Assembly: GCF_006345805.1 (NCBI RefSeq)
Contig: NW_021823893.1
Location: 1-19,219, forward strand
Reading direction: 5' to 3'
Source of the DNA: Octopus sinensis
Lineage: Eukaryota
Length of the DNA: 19,219 nt
This document shows positions 1-9,840 of this stretch, in pieces. Every line of letters begins with the position of its first letter. Position 1 is the first letter of the stretch. A model generated the notes under the pieces. It was given only the letters and a program-made list of their open reading frames with translations, searched no databases and was not told where the DNA came from. The translations under genes were made by a program, and so were the position numbers.

Positions 1-226
1 ACAAACACAGACAGACAGACAATACATACTCCACACACACACATATATATATATATTATATATATATGACAGGCTTCTTCAGCTTCCATCTACCAAATCA
101 ACTCACAAGGCTTTGGTCGGCCCAAGGATATTGTAGAAAAGACATTTGCCCAAGGTGCCACGCAGTGGGACTGAACCTGGAAGCATGTGGTTGGAAAATA
201 AGCTTCTTACCACATGCCCACTCCTG
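1..226 (-). mobile_element. tRNA-derived SINE family A, partial (runs off the window edge)
   Basis: Homologous to 8431-8828 and 4218-4595 (CTACCAAATCNACTCACAAGGCTTTGGTCGGCCC...TTGCCCAAGGTGCCACGCAGTGGGACTGAACC). The minus strand has a tRNA-like head and a CORE-like CCTTGGGCAA motif. Confidence 0.85.
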
Positions 227-292
227 TGAAGCGAATGGTTTACATCGGGGATTTTTAGAGTAGTAAGCACAACAACACATGTATACCCATCA

Positions 293-521
293 TTAACACT
301 TTCATTATCAACCCGGCTGAAACCGGTTCGGGCTCTGAGTACAAATGTCTTGTTTTCATAAGTTTTGAATTCAAATCTTCCACCAAACCTCAGTCACAAT
401 TTATGTTCCTAACACTAGCTGAATGATAACTAAGTTATTTTACTAAATTCTTTGTTATGTTTAAAATTAATTAAAAGAATCTCAGAGCATCTCAACAGAA
501 ATATGGTAACAAAAGGGTTAA
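293..521. mobile_element. Non-autonomous MITE, piggyBac-like (TTAA at both ends, ~17-bp imperfect TIRs)
   Basis: Left end is TTAACACTTTCATTATC. Right end is GGTAACAAAAGGGTTAA, whose reverse complement TTAACCCTTTTGTTACC matches the left end at 13/17. AT-rich interior with no ORF. A second partial copy lies at 643-741. Confidence 0.7.
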
Positions 522-545
522 GAAGAAAAATAATCAGCAGAAGAC

Positions 546-625
546 ATGAGAGAAAGAGACCTCATTGTGGTCACTCTATATGCTAGAAATAATAGCCTAA
601 ATTTCCTACTGTCCACACCCTTTCA
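546..625 (-). repeat. Degenerate single unit of satellite F
   Basis: GAGACCTC...TGCTAGAAATAATAGCCTAAATTTCC resembles the reverse complement of the F unit (GAGACCTCTACATGGTAGCTAGACCTGCTAGAAATAGCAGCCAAATCTCC). Confidence 0.55.
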
Positions 626-642
626 ACTGCTTCTAATGTCCA

Positions 643-741
643 TGATAACTAAGTTATTTTACTAAATTTTTTGTCATATTTAAAATCAATTGAAAGAAAC
701 ACAGAGCGTCTCAACAGAAATATGGTAAGAAAAGGGTTGAA
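643..741. mobile_element. Right-hand fragment of the same piggyBac-like MITE
   Basis: TGATAACTAAGTTATTTTACTAAATT...CTCAACAGAAATATGGTAAGAAAAGGGTTGAA is near-identical to 424-521. Confidence 0.75.
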
Positions 742-770
742 CATTCTCCATGACATTTTTGTATACTTTT

Positions 771-818
771 TAAAGACATTGGGGTGCAATTTGAGGGGAA
801 TTTAGCTGCTATTTCAAC
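771..818 (+). repeat. Partial unit of satellite F
   Basis: AAGACATTGGGGTGCAATTTGAGGGGAATTTAGCTGCTATTTC matches AAGACAGTAGGGTGTGATTTGAGGGAGATTTGGCTGCTATTTC. Confidence 0.65.
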
Positions 819-819
819 A

Positions 820-1372
820 ATGACGATTATGATAATACAGATGATGATGATGATGATGATAGTGGTGGTGGTGATGTTGATGAGGATTATAATATTGAGA
901 ATAAAATGATGACAATTAGGAGGATAATCAGGATACTTAGGATGATGATGATGATGACAATGATGATGATGATGAGGAGGAGGAGGAGACGGAAGAGGAG
1001 GAGGGGGATAATGGTGCTTATGATGTTGAGAATAAAATGAGGGGCAGTAATGGTGATGACGATGATGACGACGACGACGATGATAATGAGAATGATGATG
1101 ACGGTAAGAATGTTAATGATGATGATGATGATGATGATTATGAGAACGATGACTACGATGATGAGGCTGGTTGTCGATGATGCTTGATTAACAATGTAAA
1201 AAAAACAATACAAAATACAAAAAGCAAAACAACAACAACAACAACAATAAGAAGAAGAAGAAGAACAATAACAACAACCACAACAAACGTTACAACGAGA
1301 GCGATAACAACAACAACAACAACAGCAATGAGATCAGTAACAGTCAGCGACAACAACGAGAAGAAGAAGAAC
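820..1372. repeat. Compound trinucleotide microsatellite: (GAT/GAC/GAG)n, then (AAC/AAG)n
   Basis: Directly visible. It produces the poly-I/V/L/T ORFs at 887-1213, 1153-1395 and 1184-1399. Confidence 0.95.
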
Positions 1373-1514
1373 AATGGCCATATCGTCCAAAACATGTAGA
1401 CCAGTGCTAGTTCTGTTGTCTGCTGCAGAAACGCAGAAACAGTATGTCTACCGATGGTCTACCAACCCTCCTGCCCACCCCTTCTGCCATCACTACATTG
1501 ATTTTTTTTTTATT

Positions 1515-1576
1515 ATTTTGTGTGTGTACAGAGTGTGTATGTACTTGTGTGTGTGTGTGTGTGTGAGAGCGAGTGT

Positions 1577-1614
<38 letters not shown>

Positions 1615-1737
1615 CACCCTCCCATCAACTGCCCGCTTCCCCCCACCCCCCTTTCGGCTGTAATTTTGTCTGAAGAGAGAAAGAGAAAAGAGAGAATTAT
1701 ATCTCTATTGATTTCTGTGTGTGAGCATACATGTGTG

Positions 1738-1774
<37 letters not shown>

Positions 1775-2234
1775 AATATGTATATAATATATATATTGTA
1801 TGTATATATATATGTATATATATATATGTATATATATATGTATACTATATGTATATATATATGTATATACACATATATATATATGTATGTATGTATATAT
1901 ACATATATATATATATGTATATATATATGTATATATGTATATATATATACATATGTGTGTGTGTGAATGTGTATATCTATGTGCGTGTATATGCCTTTGT
2001 GTGTGTGTGTGTGTGTGTGTATGTGCATTTAAGTGCAAATAAGTATGTCCAGTGTGTGTGTATGCATGTATATACATATGTGTGTGCCTTTAAGCAACTG
2101 TGTGCCTCTAAAGGCATGCAAGGGAGTCTGTGTATGTATATATACATATCTGTGTATGTGTGTATCTGTATAACTATGTATCTAAATGATGATGTGTGTG
2201 TATGTGTATATATGTATATGTATGTGTGTATGTA
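1515..2234. repeat. (GT)n and (AT)n microsatellite tract
   Basis: Directly visible dinucleotide repeats with short interruptions. Confidence 0.95.
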
Positions 2235-2764
2235 AGTGCACAACTAAATGTAGATATCTCTATGTGATGGTGTGCATGTATGTGTGTGTAAGTGTAGAAC
2301 TAAATGTAGATATCTCTATGTGATGGTGTGCATGTATGTGTGTGTAAGTGTAGAACTAAATGTAGATATCTCTATGTGATGGTGTGATGTGTGTAAGTAA
2401 ACTAATTAGATATCTCTATGTGATGGTGTGCATGTATGTGTGTGTAAGTGTAGAACTAAATGTAGATGTCTCTATGTGTTGGTGTGTATGTATGTATATA
2501 TATGTATGTCTGTGTGTATATGTGTATATATATTTTGTGTGAGTGCATGTACCACTAAATGGAGATGTCTCGATATGCTGGTGTGCGTGTACGTGTGTAT
2601 ATGTATACATATTTGTACGTGCATGTGTACCACTAAATGTAGGTGTGATTATGAGTTGGTGTGCATGTGTGTGTGTATATGTATATGTGTGCGTATGTGT
2701 ACAACTAAATGTAGATTCTCTATGTGCCAGTGTGTATATATGTGAATGTATGTATATATATATG

Positions 2765-2796
<32 letters not shown>

Positions 2797-2850
2797 TATG
2801 TATATATGCATGTGTGTGATAGTGCACCACTAAATGTAGATGTCTGTGTG
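2235..2850. repeat. Minisatellite: ~9 copies of a ~30-bp anchor separated by (TG/TA)n spacers
   Basis: Anchor ACTAAATGTAGATATCTCTATGTGATGGTG or a variant at about 2243, 2298, 2355, 2401, 2455, 2553, 2632, 2703 and 2827. Confidence 0.9.
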
Positions 2851-2924
2851 TTGTAGATGCGGTGTGTGTGTAATAGCTTCAAATGGATGTATAATTTGGC
2901 GTGTTGATGCGTATACTTGTGTGT

Positions 2925-3058
2925 TGGTATGCAGTTGTCATTGTTGTTCTTGTTGCTGCTGTTGTTCTTCTTATTATTATTGTTATTCTTCTTGTTTTTG
3001 TTGTTTTACTGTTGTTGTTGTGGCTGCTGTTGTTGGTTTAGTTGTCGTTGTTGTTGTA
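2925..3058. repeat. (GTT/CTT/ATT)n microsatellite
   Basis: Directly visible. Confidence 0.9.
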
Positions 3059-3186
3059 TGTTCCCAACATCAGACCTGAATGAACAGAACTACCACCAAA
3101 GACATTCCACTTATGACCATCCTGTCGTTTACAGGTGCAAATTATGTAAAGTACCCTTCCAGTTTTTTCTATATTTGATGAAGCTA

Positions 3187-3410
3187 AGGTTAGATGTGAT
3201 GGAGATTTGACTGCTATTTCTATAAGATCAAGCTACCATGTAGAGGTCTCTTTCTTTTTGATTCATACATATTTGTATACAAAAATACATAAGACAGTAG
3301 ATAATTATTTAAGGGAATTTTCGGCTGCTATTTCTAGCAGGTCTAGCTACTACATAGAGGTCTCCGACATTGGTTCATACATACATATATACATACATAC
3401 ATTTGAAGAC
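3187..3410 (+). repeat. Two tandem units of satellite F
   Basis: Two copies of GCTGCTATTTCTA...AGCTACNANNTAGAGGTCTC...TTCATACATA. Confidence 0.85.
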
Positions 3411-3466
3411 TACAGATCCAAGCCATCACTGGAACTGTAAAGATCTGTAAAACTTTCCAGAAGTTT

Positions 3467-3776
3467 ATCATCATCATCATCGTTTAACGTCCGTTTTCCA
3501 TGCTAGCACGTGTTGGACGGTTCAAACGGGGTCTGGGAAGCTAGGCTCCAGTCTGATCTGGCAGTGTTTCTACAGCTGGATGCCCTTCCTAACGACAACC
3601 ACTCCGTGAGTGTAGTGGGCGCTTTTTATGTGCCACCGGCACAGGTGCCAGGGGAGGCTGGCAGCATCCATGATCGGTTGGTGCTTTTTACGTGCCACTG
3701 GCACAGAAGCCAGTCAGGGCGGCGCTGGCATCGGCCACATTTGGATGGTGCTTTTTATGTGCCACCGGCACAGGTA
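3467..3776 (-). mobile_element. Element E: 3' part of a non-LTR retroposon with (GAT)n tail and 3 internal ~65-bp units
   Basis: Plus strand reads (CAT)n-CGTTTAACGTCC...GCTGGATGCCCTTCCTAA...(TTTTATGTGCCACCGGCACA)x3. Homologous to 6181-6642 and, inverted, to 15721-16320. Confidence 0.85.
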
Positions 3777-3794
3777 TCATTTAAATATATATGA

Positions 3795-4183
3795 CATTTG
3801 TCTGTCCTTGTTTGTCCCCTTTGTGTTTAGCCCCTTGTGGGTAATAAAGAAATAGGTATTTCGTCTGCCATTACGTCCTGAGTTCAAATCCCGCCGAGGT
3901 CGAATTTACCTTTCATCCTTTCGGGGTTGATTAAATAAGTACCAGTTACGCACTGGGGTCGATATAATCGACTTAATTCGTTTGTCTGTCCTTGTTTGTC
4001 CCCAACTATGTTTAGCCCCCTTTTGGGTAGTAAAGAAATAGGTATTTCATCTAGCGTTACATTCTGAGTTCAAACTCCACCAAGGTTGACTTTGCCTTTC
4101 ATCCTTCCGGGGTCGATTAAATAAGTACCAGTTATGCAGTGGGGCTGATATAATCAACTTAATCCATTTGTCTGTCCCCTCTA
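3795..4183 (+). mobile_element. SINE family B, headless tandem array (partial unit plus two ~186-bp units)
   Basis: GTATTTC...CTGAGTTCAAA...GAGGTCGA...CCTTTCATCCTTTCGGGG...TAAGTACCAGTTACGCACTGGGG repeats at about 3855 and 4041. Same unit as 13622-14224. Confidence 0.85.
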
Positions 4184-4847
4184 TGAGGGTTCCATCTGAT
4201 CCGATCAATGGAATAGTCTCTCTTTTACTCTCTCTCTCTTTTACTTGTTTCAGTCATTTGACTGCGGCCATGCTGGAGCACTACCTTTAATCAAGCAACT
4301 CGACCCCAGGACTTATTCTTTGGAAGCCTAGTACTTATTCTATCGGTCTCTTTTGCCGAACCGCTAAGTGACGGGGACATAAACACACCAGCATCGGTTG
4401 TCAAGCAATGCTACGGGGACAAACACAGACACACAAACACACACACACACACATATATATAAATACATATATACGACGGGCTTCTTTCAGTTTCCGTCTA
4501 CCAAATCCACTCACAAGTCTTTAGTCGGCCCGAGGCTATAGTAGAAGACACTTGCCCAAGGTGCCGCGCAGTGGGACTGAACCTGGAACCATGTGAAATT
4601 AACAATGAAGTGGCTGAGTACTCCACAGACACGTGTACCCTTGCTGTAGTTCTCAGAGAGGTCCTGTGTGATACAGAATATGACAAGGCTGGCCCTGATG
4701 AATTACAGGTACTACTTGAGCAGACTGGAGCAACATGAAATAAAGTGTCTTGCTCAAGGTACACAATGCGTCATCATCAGGTATTGAACTCACAACCTTT
4801 ATGATCACGAACCAACTACCTCTAACCACCAAGCCACATACCTTCAC
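4184..4847 (-). mobile_element. tRNA-derived SINE family C, copy 1, interrupted by a SINE A insertion
   Basis: Minus-strand head GTGAAGG...TGGCTTGGTGG (A box)...GAGTTCAATACC (B box)...CCTTGAGCAAGACACTT (CORE-like). The body aligns with 4848-5115. Assigning 4184-4217 as the 3' stub rests partly on my recollection of this family. Confidence 0.75.
4218..4595 (-). mobile_element. SINE family A, 5'-truncated, nested in SINE C
   Basis: Near-identical to 8431-8790, with a duplicated TCTTTTAC tail. It stops within the tRNA head at GGAACCATGTG, where SINE C sequence (GAAATTAAC) resumes. Confidence 0.9.
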
Positions 4848-5115
4848 AGCCTGTTCATGAAATTAACATCGAACTGGCCAAGTACTCCACAGACACGTGT
4901 ACCCTTAATGTAATTCTGAGGGAGATTCAGCATGACACAGAATATGGCAAGGCTGGCCCCCTTTGAATTACTGGTACAACTCATATTTTTTCCCAGCTGG
5001 AGCAAGGTGTAAAAAAATGTCTTGATCAAGGGCAAAACACACTGCCAGGAATTGAACACGCGACCTTACAGTTGTGAGCCGAACGCACCCTTACCTCTAA
5101 GCTAAATGCCTTCAC
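4848..5115 (-). mobile_element. tRNA-derived SINE family C, copy 2, head-to-tail with copy 1
   Basis: Repeats GAAATTAAC...AGTACTCCACAGACACGTGTACCCTT...AAGGCTGGCCC. Minus-strand head has a B-box-like GTGTTCAATTCC and starts GTGAAGGC. Confidence 0.8.
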
Positions 5116-5305
5116 AGAGAACATAGTACGTACATCACCGATCTCGTCTTAATCGTTATGTGTCCATTAATTGTTGCTAATTTGACAATAATTATAAAAC
5201 AATAGATTGCTATCATTGGAACTGAAGACGGTTAGAGGCTGTTGAAGATTATTGGTGATTCTAATGCGAAAATCATGAAGACGACTTCTCTTTCTTGGAC
5301 TCAAT

Positions 5306-6180
5306 AAATGCTTTTTTACATACATACATGTGTGTGTGTGTGTATAGAAATAGAAGTTTATATTATATATATATATGCACGATATATACATATGTGTGTG
5401 TGTGTGTGTATAGAAATAGAAGTATATATATATATATATATATTCATGATATATACATATATGTGCGTGTGTGTGTGATTTTTTTATACATACGTGTGTG
5501 TGTGTGTGTGGTTATAGAAATAGAAATTTATATATATGCATGATATATACATGTGTGTGTGCGTGTATGTGTGTGATTTTTTTATACATACATACGTACG
5601 TGTGTGTGTGGGTGGGTGTGTATAGAACTAGAAGTTTATATATATGCATGATATATACATATGTGTGTGCGCGTGTGTGTGTGTGTGGGTATAGAAATAG
5701 AAGTTTATATATATATGCATGATATACGTGTGTGTGTGATCTTTTTTAAAACATACATACACATTCATATATGTGTTGTGTGTGTGTGTACAGAATTAGA
5801 AGTGCTTATATATGCATGATATATATATGTGTGTGTATGTGTGATTTTTTAATATATACATAAATATACACATTCATATGTGTGTGTGTGAATGTGTGTA
5901 TATAGAAATAGAAGTGTTTATATATTCATGATACATATGTGTGGGTATGTGTGATTTTTTTATACATATATACACACACACATTCATATATCTGTATGAG
6001 CATGTGCCTATGTATATAAGAATTCGAAGTGCATGATATATATGCATGTGAATTAGAAGTGCTTATATATGCATGATATGTGTGTGTGTGTGCGTGTGTT
6101 TTTATACATACATACACACATTCATATATGTGTGTGCATGTACAAAATTAAAAGTGCTTATATATGCATGATATATATAT
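5306..6180. repeat. Microsatellite-derived minisatellite: ~10 TAGAAATAGAAGT...TGCATGATAT anchors, partly alternating with GTGATTTTTTTATACATAC
   Basis: Anchors at about 5344, 5410, 5514, 5623, 5693, 5790, 5903, 6018, 6049 and 6143. Similar sequence resumes after 6700. Confidence 0.85.
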
Positions 6181-6642
6181 ATCATCATCATCATTGTTTA
6201 ACGTCCGCTTTCCATGCTAGCATGGGTTGGACGATTTGACTGAGGTCTGGCGAACCAGATGGCTGTACCAGGATCCACTCTGATCTGGCAGAGTTTCTAC
6301 AGCTGGATGCCCTTCCTAATGCCAACCACTCCGAGAGTGTAGTGGGTGCCTTTACGTGCCACTTGGCACGAGGGCCAGTCAGGCAGTACTGGCAATGACC
6401 ACACTCAGATGGTGCTTTTTATGTGCCACCTGCACAGGAGCCAGTCCAGCGGCACTGGCAAAGACCTTGCTCGAATGTTTTTTCATGTGCCACCAGCACA
6501 AGTGCCAGTAAGGCAAAGCAGGTAACGATCACACTCAGATGGTGCTTTTTATGTGCCACTGGCACGGAGGACATCATGCTCAGATGGTGCTCTTAGGGTC
6601 CACCAGCACGGATGCCAGTCATCAAATTTGTTTTCGATTTCG
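6181..6642 (-). mobile_element. Element E with ~5 internal units, inserted in a (TA)n tract of the minisatellite
   Basis: (CAT)n-TGTTTAACGTCCGCTTTCCATGCTAGCATGGGTTGGACG...GGATGCCCTTCCTAATGCCAACCACTCCGAGAG, followed by repeated GTGCCACNNGCAC units. Confidence 0.9.
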
Positions 6643-6649
6643 ATATATA

Positions 6650-6694
<45 letters not shown>

Positions 6695-6750
6695 GACATG
6701 TGAGTGTTTGTAACTTTTTGTATATACATACATATACACATTCATATATA

Positions 6751-6947
6751 GTTAATCCAAACATGAAAGCACAAAAAAACACAACAACGTGAGAGGACGT
6801 GGAACAAGTATAGTATTATTGGACGCTCAGAAAGAGGAGGGTTTAACATTTCGAGCGGAGCTCTTTGTCGGAAACATAGAAGGAAAGATCCAGAGAAGGG
6901 AAGACAGAGGAAAAAAAAATCGCTAACGGTACACACGAGATCACATT
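6751..6947 (-). mobile_element. Complex-sequence interspersed repeat fragment, possibly a Penelope-like element terminus
   Basis: Non-simple island within microsatellites that carries a minimal hammerhead-like fold at 6841-6875. The family assignment is inferred. Confidence 0.45.
6841..6875 (-). ncRNA. Degenerate minimal type I hammerhead-like motif, probably inactive
   Basis: Minus strand: GUUU-CCGACAA-A-GAGC-UCC-GCUC-GAAA-UG-UU-AAAC. Stem I (GUUU/AAAC) and stem II (GAGC/GCUC) pair perfectly and GAAA is intact, but CUGANGA has two substitutions. Confidence 0.45.
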
Positions 6948-6949
6948 CA

Positions 6950-7303
6950 TATATATATGTGTGGTGTGTGTGTGTGTACACATATCTATCTACAGCTGTA
7001 TGCATAAAAAAATGTGTTTATTGACATTTATACACACAATGCACACACAAACACATACATGCACACATATAGACTCACACATACAAACCCATATACACAC
7101 ATACATACGTACATACATACACACATACATATATACAACATTCAAACATACATACATACAGATATACATATAAATACATATATATATATATATATACATA
7201 CATACATACATACATAGACACACATATATACATTAGATACAAATATATAAATACATGTATGCATATACATATACACATACATAGACACACACATATACAT
7301 TAC

Positions 7304-7340
<37 letters not shown>

Positions 7341-7420
7341 CATACATAGAAAGAAACACACATACACAGAACACACACACATACTCATACATACAGACAC
7401 ACACACACACATATTTATAC
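6950..7420. repeat. (AC/AT/ACAT)n microsatellite tract
   Basis: Directly visible. Confidence 0.95.
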
Positions 7421-7642
7421 ACATACACATTTTAAAGAAATATGTAAAAATGCATTTAAAACAAAATAAAAGGCTAAACCCTATGTAAACAAAATATATA
7501 AATTTAGAAGTGGCAGAGTTCCCTACGATATCAGCAACAGCAACAAGAACAAGGTGAAGACATACAGACAGATACATTAAGAGAGCCAGCCATGTGTAAG
7601 AAGAATGAGAGCCACACCCCCCCATCTTGGCAGGAGCAAATG

Positions 7643-8200
7643 GCACCACCACCACCACCACCACCACCATCGCCATCATGAACATCATAACCACCATCAC
7701 ATTTATCATCACACTCACCACCACTGCCACCACCACCACCGCCAATAAGAACAACACAACATCTACCACCACCATCATCACCAACACACCACCACCGCCA
7801 ATAAGAACAACAACAATACCATTGACAACATCACATCCACCACCACCATCATCACAAACACCACCATCACCAGCACCAACACCACCATCATCATCACCAA
7901 CACACCACCACCACCACCAATAAGAACAACAACAATACCATCGACAACACCACATCCACCACCACCACTACCACGTCACCAATACCACCACCACCACCAC
8001 CACCAAAACACTACCACTTACAAACAACACCCAACCATCACCACCACCATATCCAACACCATCACCACCACCACCAACAGCAACAACAATTCTACCATTT
8101 TTAAAACATACCTATGTTTACCTGTAAGGAGTAATCCAGTACCACCACCACCCCCACCACCACCACCACCATCACCACCACCACCACCACCATCACTACC
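7643..8200. repeat. (ACC/ATC/AAC)n tract with three CCAATAAGAACAAC higher-order repeats
   Basis: Directly visible. The motif occurs at about 7742, 7798 and 7917. Confidence 0.9.
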
Positions 8201-8209
8201 CATCCTCAC

Positions 8210-8296
8210 CTAATCTGGTGCCTTTCTCTGGCTGCAGAGCACTTCATACCCCCCAGCAGCCACTCTTTGCAGCCATCCCGCCGCCACCATTCACAG
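8210..8296 (-). CDS. Candidate 87-bp internal exon of unknown product (CEWWRRDGCKEWLLGGMKCSAARERHQI)
   Basis: Minus strand shows a long AG-free pyrimidine-rich run, a TTTCTGAAG acceptor, an AG|GTGAGG donor, length divisible by 3 and one open frame. No recognisable homology. Confidence 0.2.
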
Positions 8297-8375
8297 CTTC
8301 AGAAATGGGATGGGGCATTTAGGGAACAAGAGTAGTGATGGTCGGTAGAGGAGAGGGAAGCGATGATGAGGAAAG

Positions 8376-8407
<32 letters not shown>

Positions 8408-8430
8408 TTATATATGTGCATAAAACAGTA

Positions 8431-8828
8431 CTCTCTTTTACTTGTTTCAGTCATTTGACTGCGGACATGCTGGAGCACCGCCTTTTTTAATCGAGCAACT
8501 CGACCCCGGGACTTATTCTTTTGTAAGCCCAGTACTTATTCTATCGGTCTCTTTTGCCGAACCGCTAAGTAACGGGGACGTAAACACACCAGCATCGGTT
8601 GTCAAGCAATGCTAGGGGGACAAACACAGACACACAAACACACACATATATATATATACATATATACGACGGGCTTCTTTCAGTTTCCGTCTACCAAATC
8701 CACTCACAAGGCTTTGGTCGGCCCGAGGCTGTAGTAGAAGACACTTGCCCAAGGTGCCACGCAGTAGGACTGAACCCGGAACCATGTGGTTGGTAAACAA
8801 GCTACTTACCACACAGCCACTCCTGCGC
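8431..8828 (-). mobile_element. SINE family A, essentially full length, with an internal (GT/AT)n microsatellite
   Basis: Minus-strand head GCAGGAGTGGCTGTGTGGTAAG (A box)...GGTTCAGTCC (B-box-like), then CCTTGGGCAAGTG (CORE-like), ending GAAACAAGTAAAAGAGAG. It splits an F unit: TAAAACAGTA|SINE|AGGGTATAATTTGAGGGAG. Confidence 0.92.
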
Positions 8829-9840
8829 CTAGGGTATAATTTGAGGGAGATTTTGCTGCTATTTCTAGAAACTCAAGCCACCAGGTACAGGTCACCGTTT
8901 ATGGATTAAATATACGTATATACATAAAAAAACCAGTTAGGGTATGATTTGAAGGAGTTTTGGCTACTGTTTCTAACAAATCAAGCTACCATGTAGAGGT
9001 CTCCCTCATTGACTCATACAAACATAAGGCAGTAGGGTATGGTTTGAGGGAGATTTGGCTGCTATTTCTACCAGTCTAGCTACCATGCAGAGGTCTCCCT
9101 CATTGGTTCATACATACGTAAGACAGTAAGAGTGTGATCTGAGGGAGATATGGCTGCTATTTCTACCAAGTCTAGCTACCATGTAGAGGTCTCCCTCATT
9201 GACTCATACATACATAAGGCAGTAGAGTGTGGGTTGACGGAGGTTTGGCTGCTATTTCTAGCAGGTCTAGCTACCATGTAGAGGTCTCCCTCATTGACTC
9301 ATACATACATAAGGCAGTAGAGTGTGGGTTGAGGGAGGTTTGGCGGCTATTTCTAGCAGGTCTAGCTACCATGTAGAGGTGTCCCTGCTTGGCTCAGACA
9401 TACATTTATACATAAGACAGAAGGGCGTGATTTGAGGTAGATTTGACTGCTATTTCTACGAGATCTGCCTACTAGAGGTCCCTCTCATTGGCTCATACAT
9501 AAGAAAGTAGGGTATGATTTGAGGTAGATTTGACTGCTATTTCTACGAGATCTGCCTACTAGAGGTCCCTCTCATTGGCTCATACATAAGAAAGTAGGGT
9601 ATGATTTGAGGTAGATTTGACTGCTATTTCTACGAGATCTGCCTACTAGAGGTCCCTCTCATTGGCTCATACATAAGAAAGTAGGGTATGATTTGAGGTA
9701 GATTTGGCTACTATTTCTACATATACATATACAAGACAGCAGGGTGGTATCTGAGGGAGATGTTGCGGCTATTTCTGCCAGGTATATATGCACCCCCCCC
9801 CCCACACACACACATACATAAGACAACAGAGAGTGATTTG
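8829..9840 (+). repeat. Satellite F array, left arm (~11 units of ~87-105 bp plus a partial unit)
   Basis: Consensus is approximately AGGGTGTGATTTGAGGGAGATTTGGCTGCTATTTCTANCAGGTCTAGCTACCATGTAGAGGTCTCCCTCATTGGCTCATACATACATAAGACAGT. Confidence 0.95.

Noticed and set aside
1375-1430. Strong minus-strand acceptor-like site (TTTCTGCGTTTCTGCAG)
   Set aside because: The downstream sequence runs into (GTT)n with no donor and no plausible peptide.
4695-4701. CTGATGA within SINE C
   Set aside because: No stem II or GAAA follows, and the motif is absent from the second C copy.
5160-5310. Unique island with AATAAA as a terminal exon
   Set aside because: No good acceptor, early stops in all plus-strand frames, and AATAAA is common in AT-rich DNA.
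7233-7955. Longest ORF (240 aa, minus strand) and the other poly-V/T/H/YI/CV ORFs
   Set aside because: They are translations of di- and trinucleotide repeats that lack stops by construction, with no domain-like sequence.
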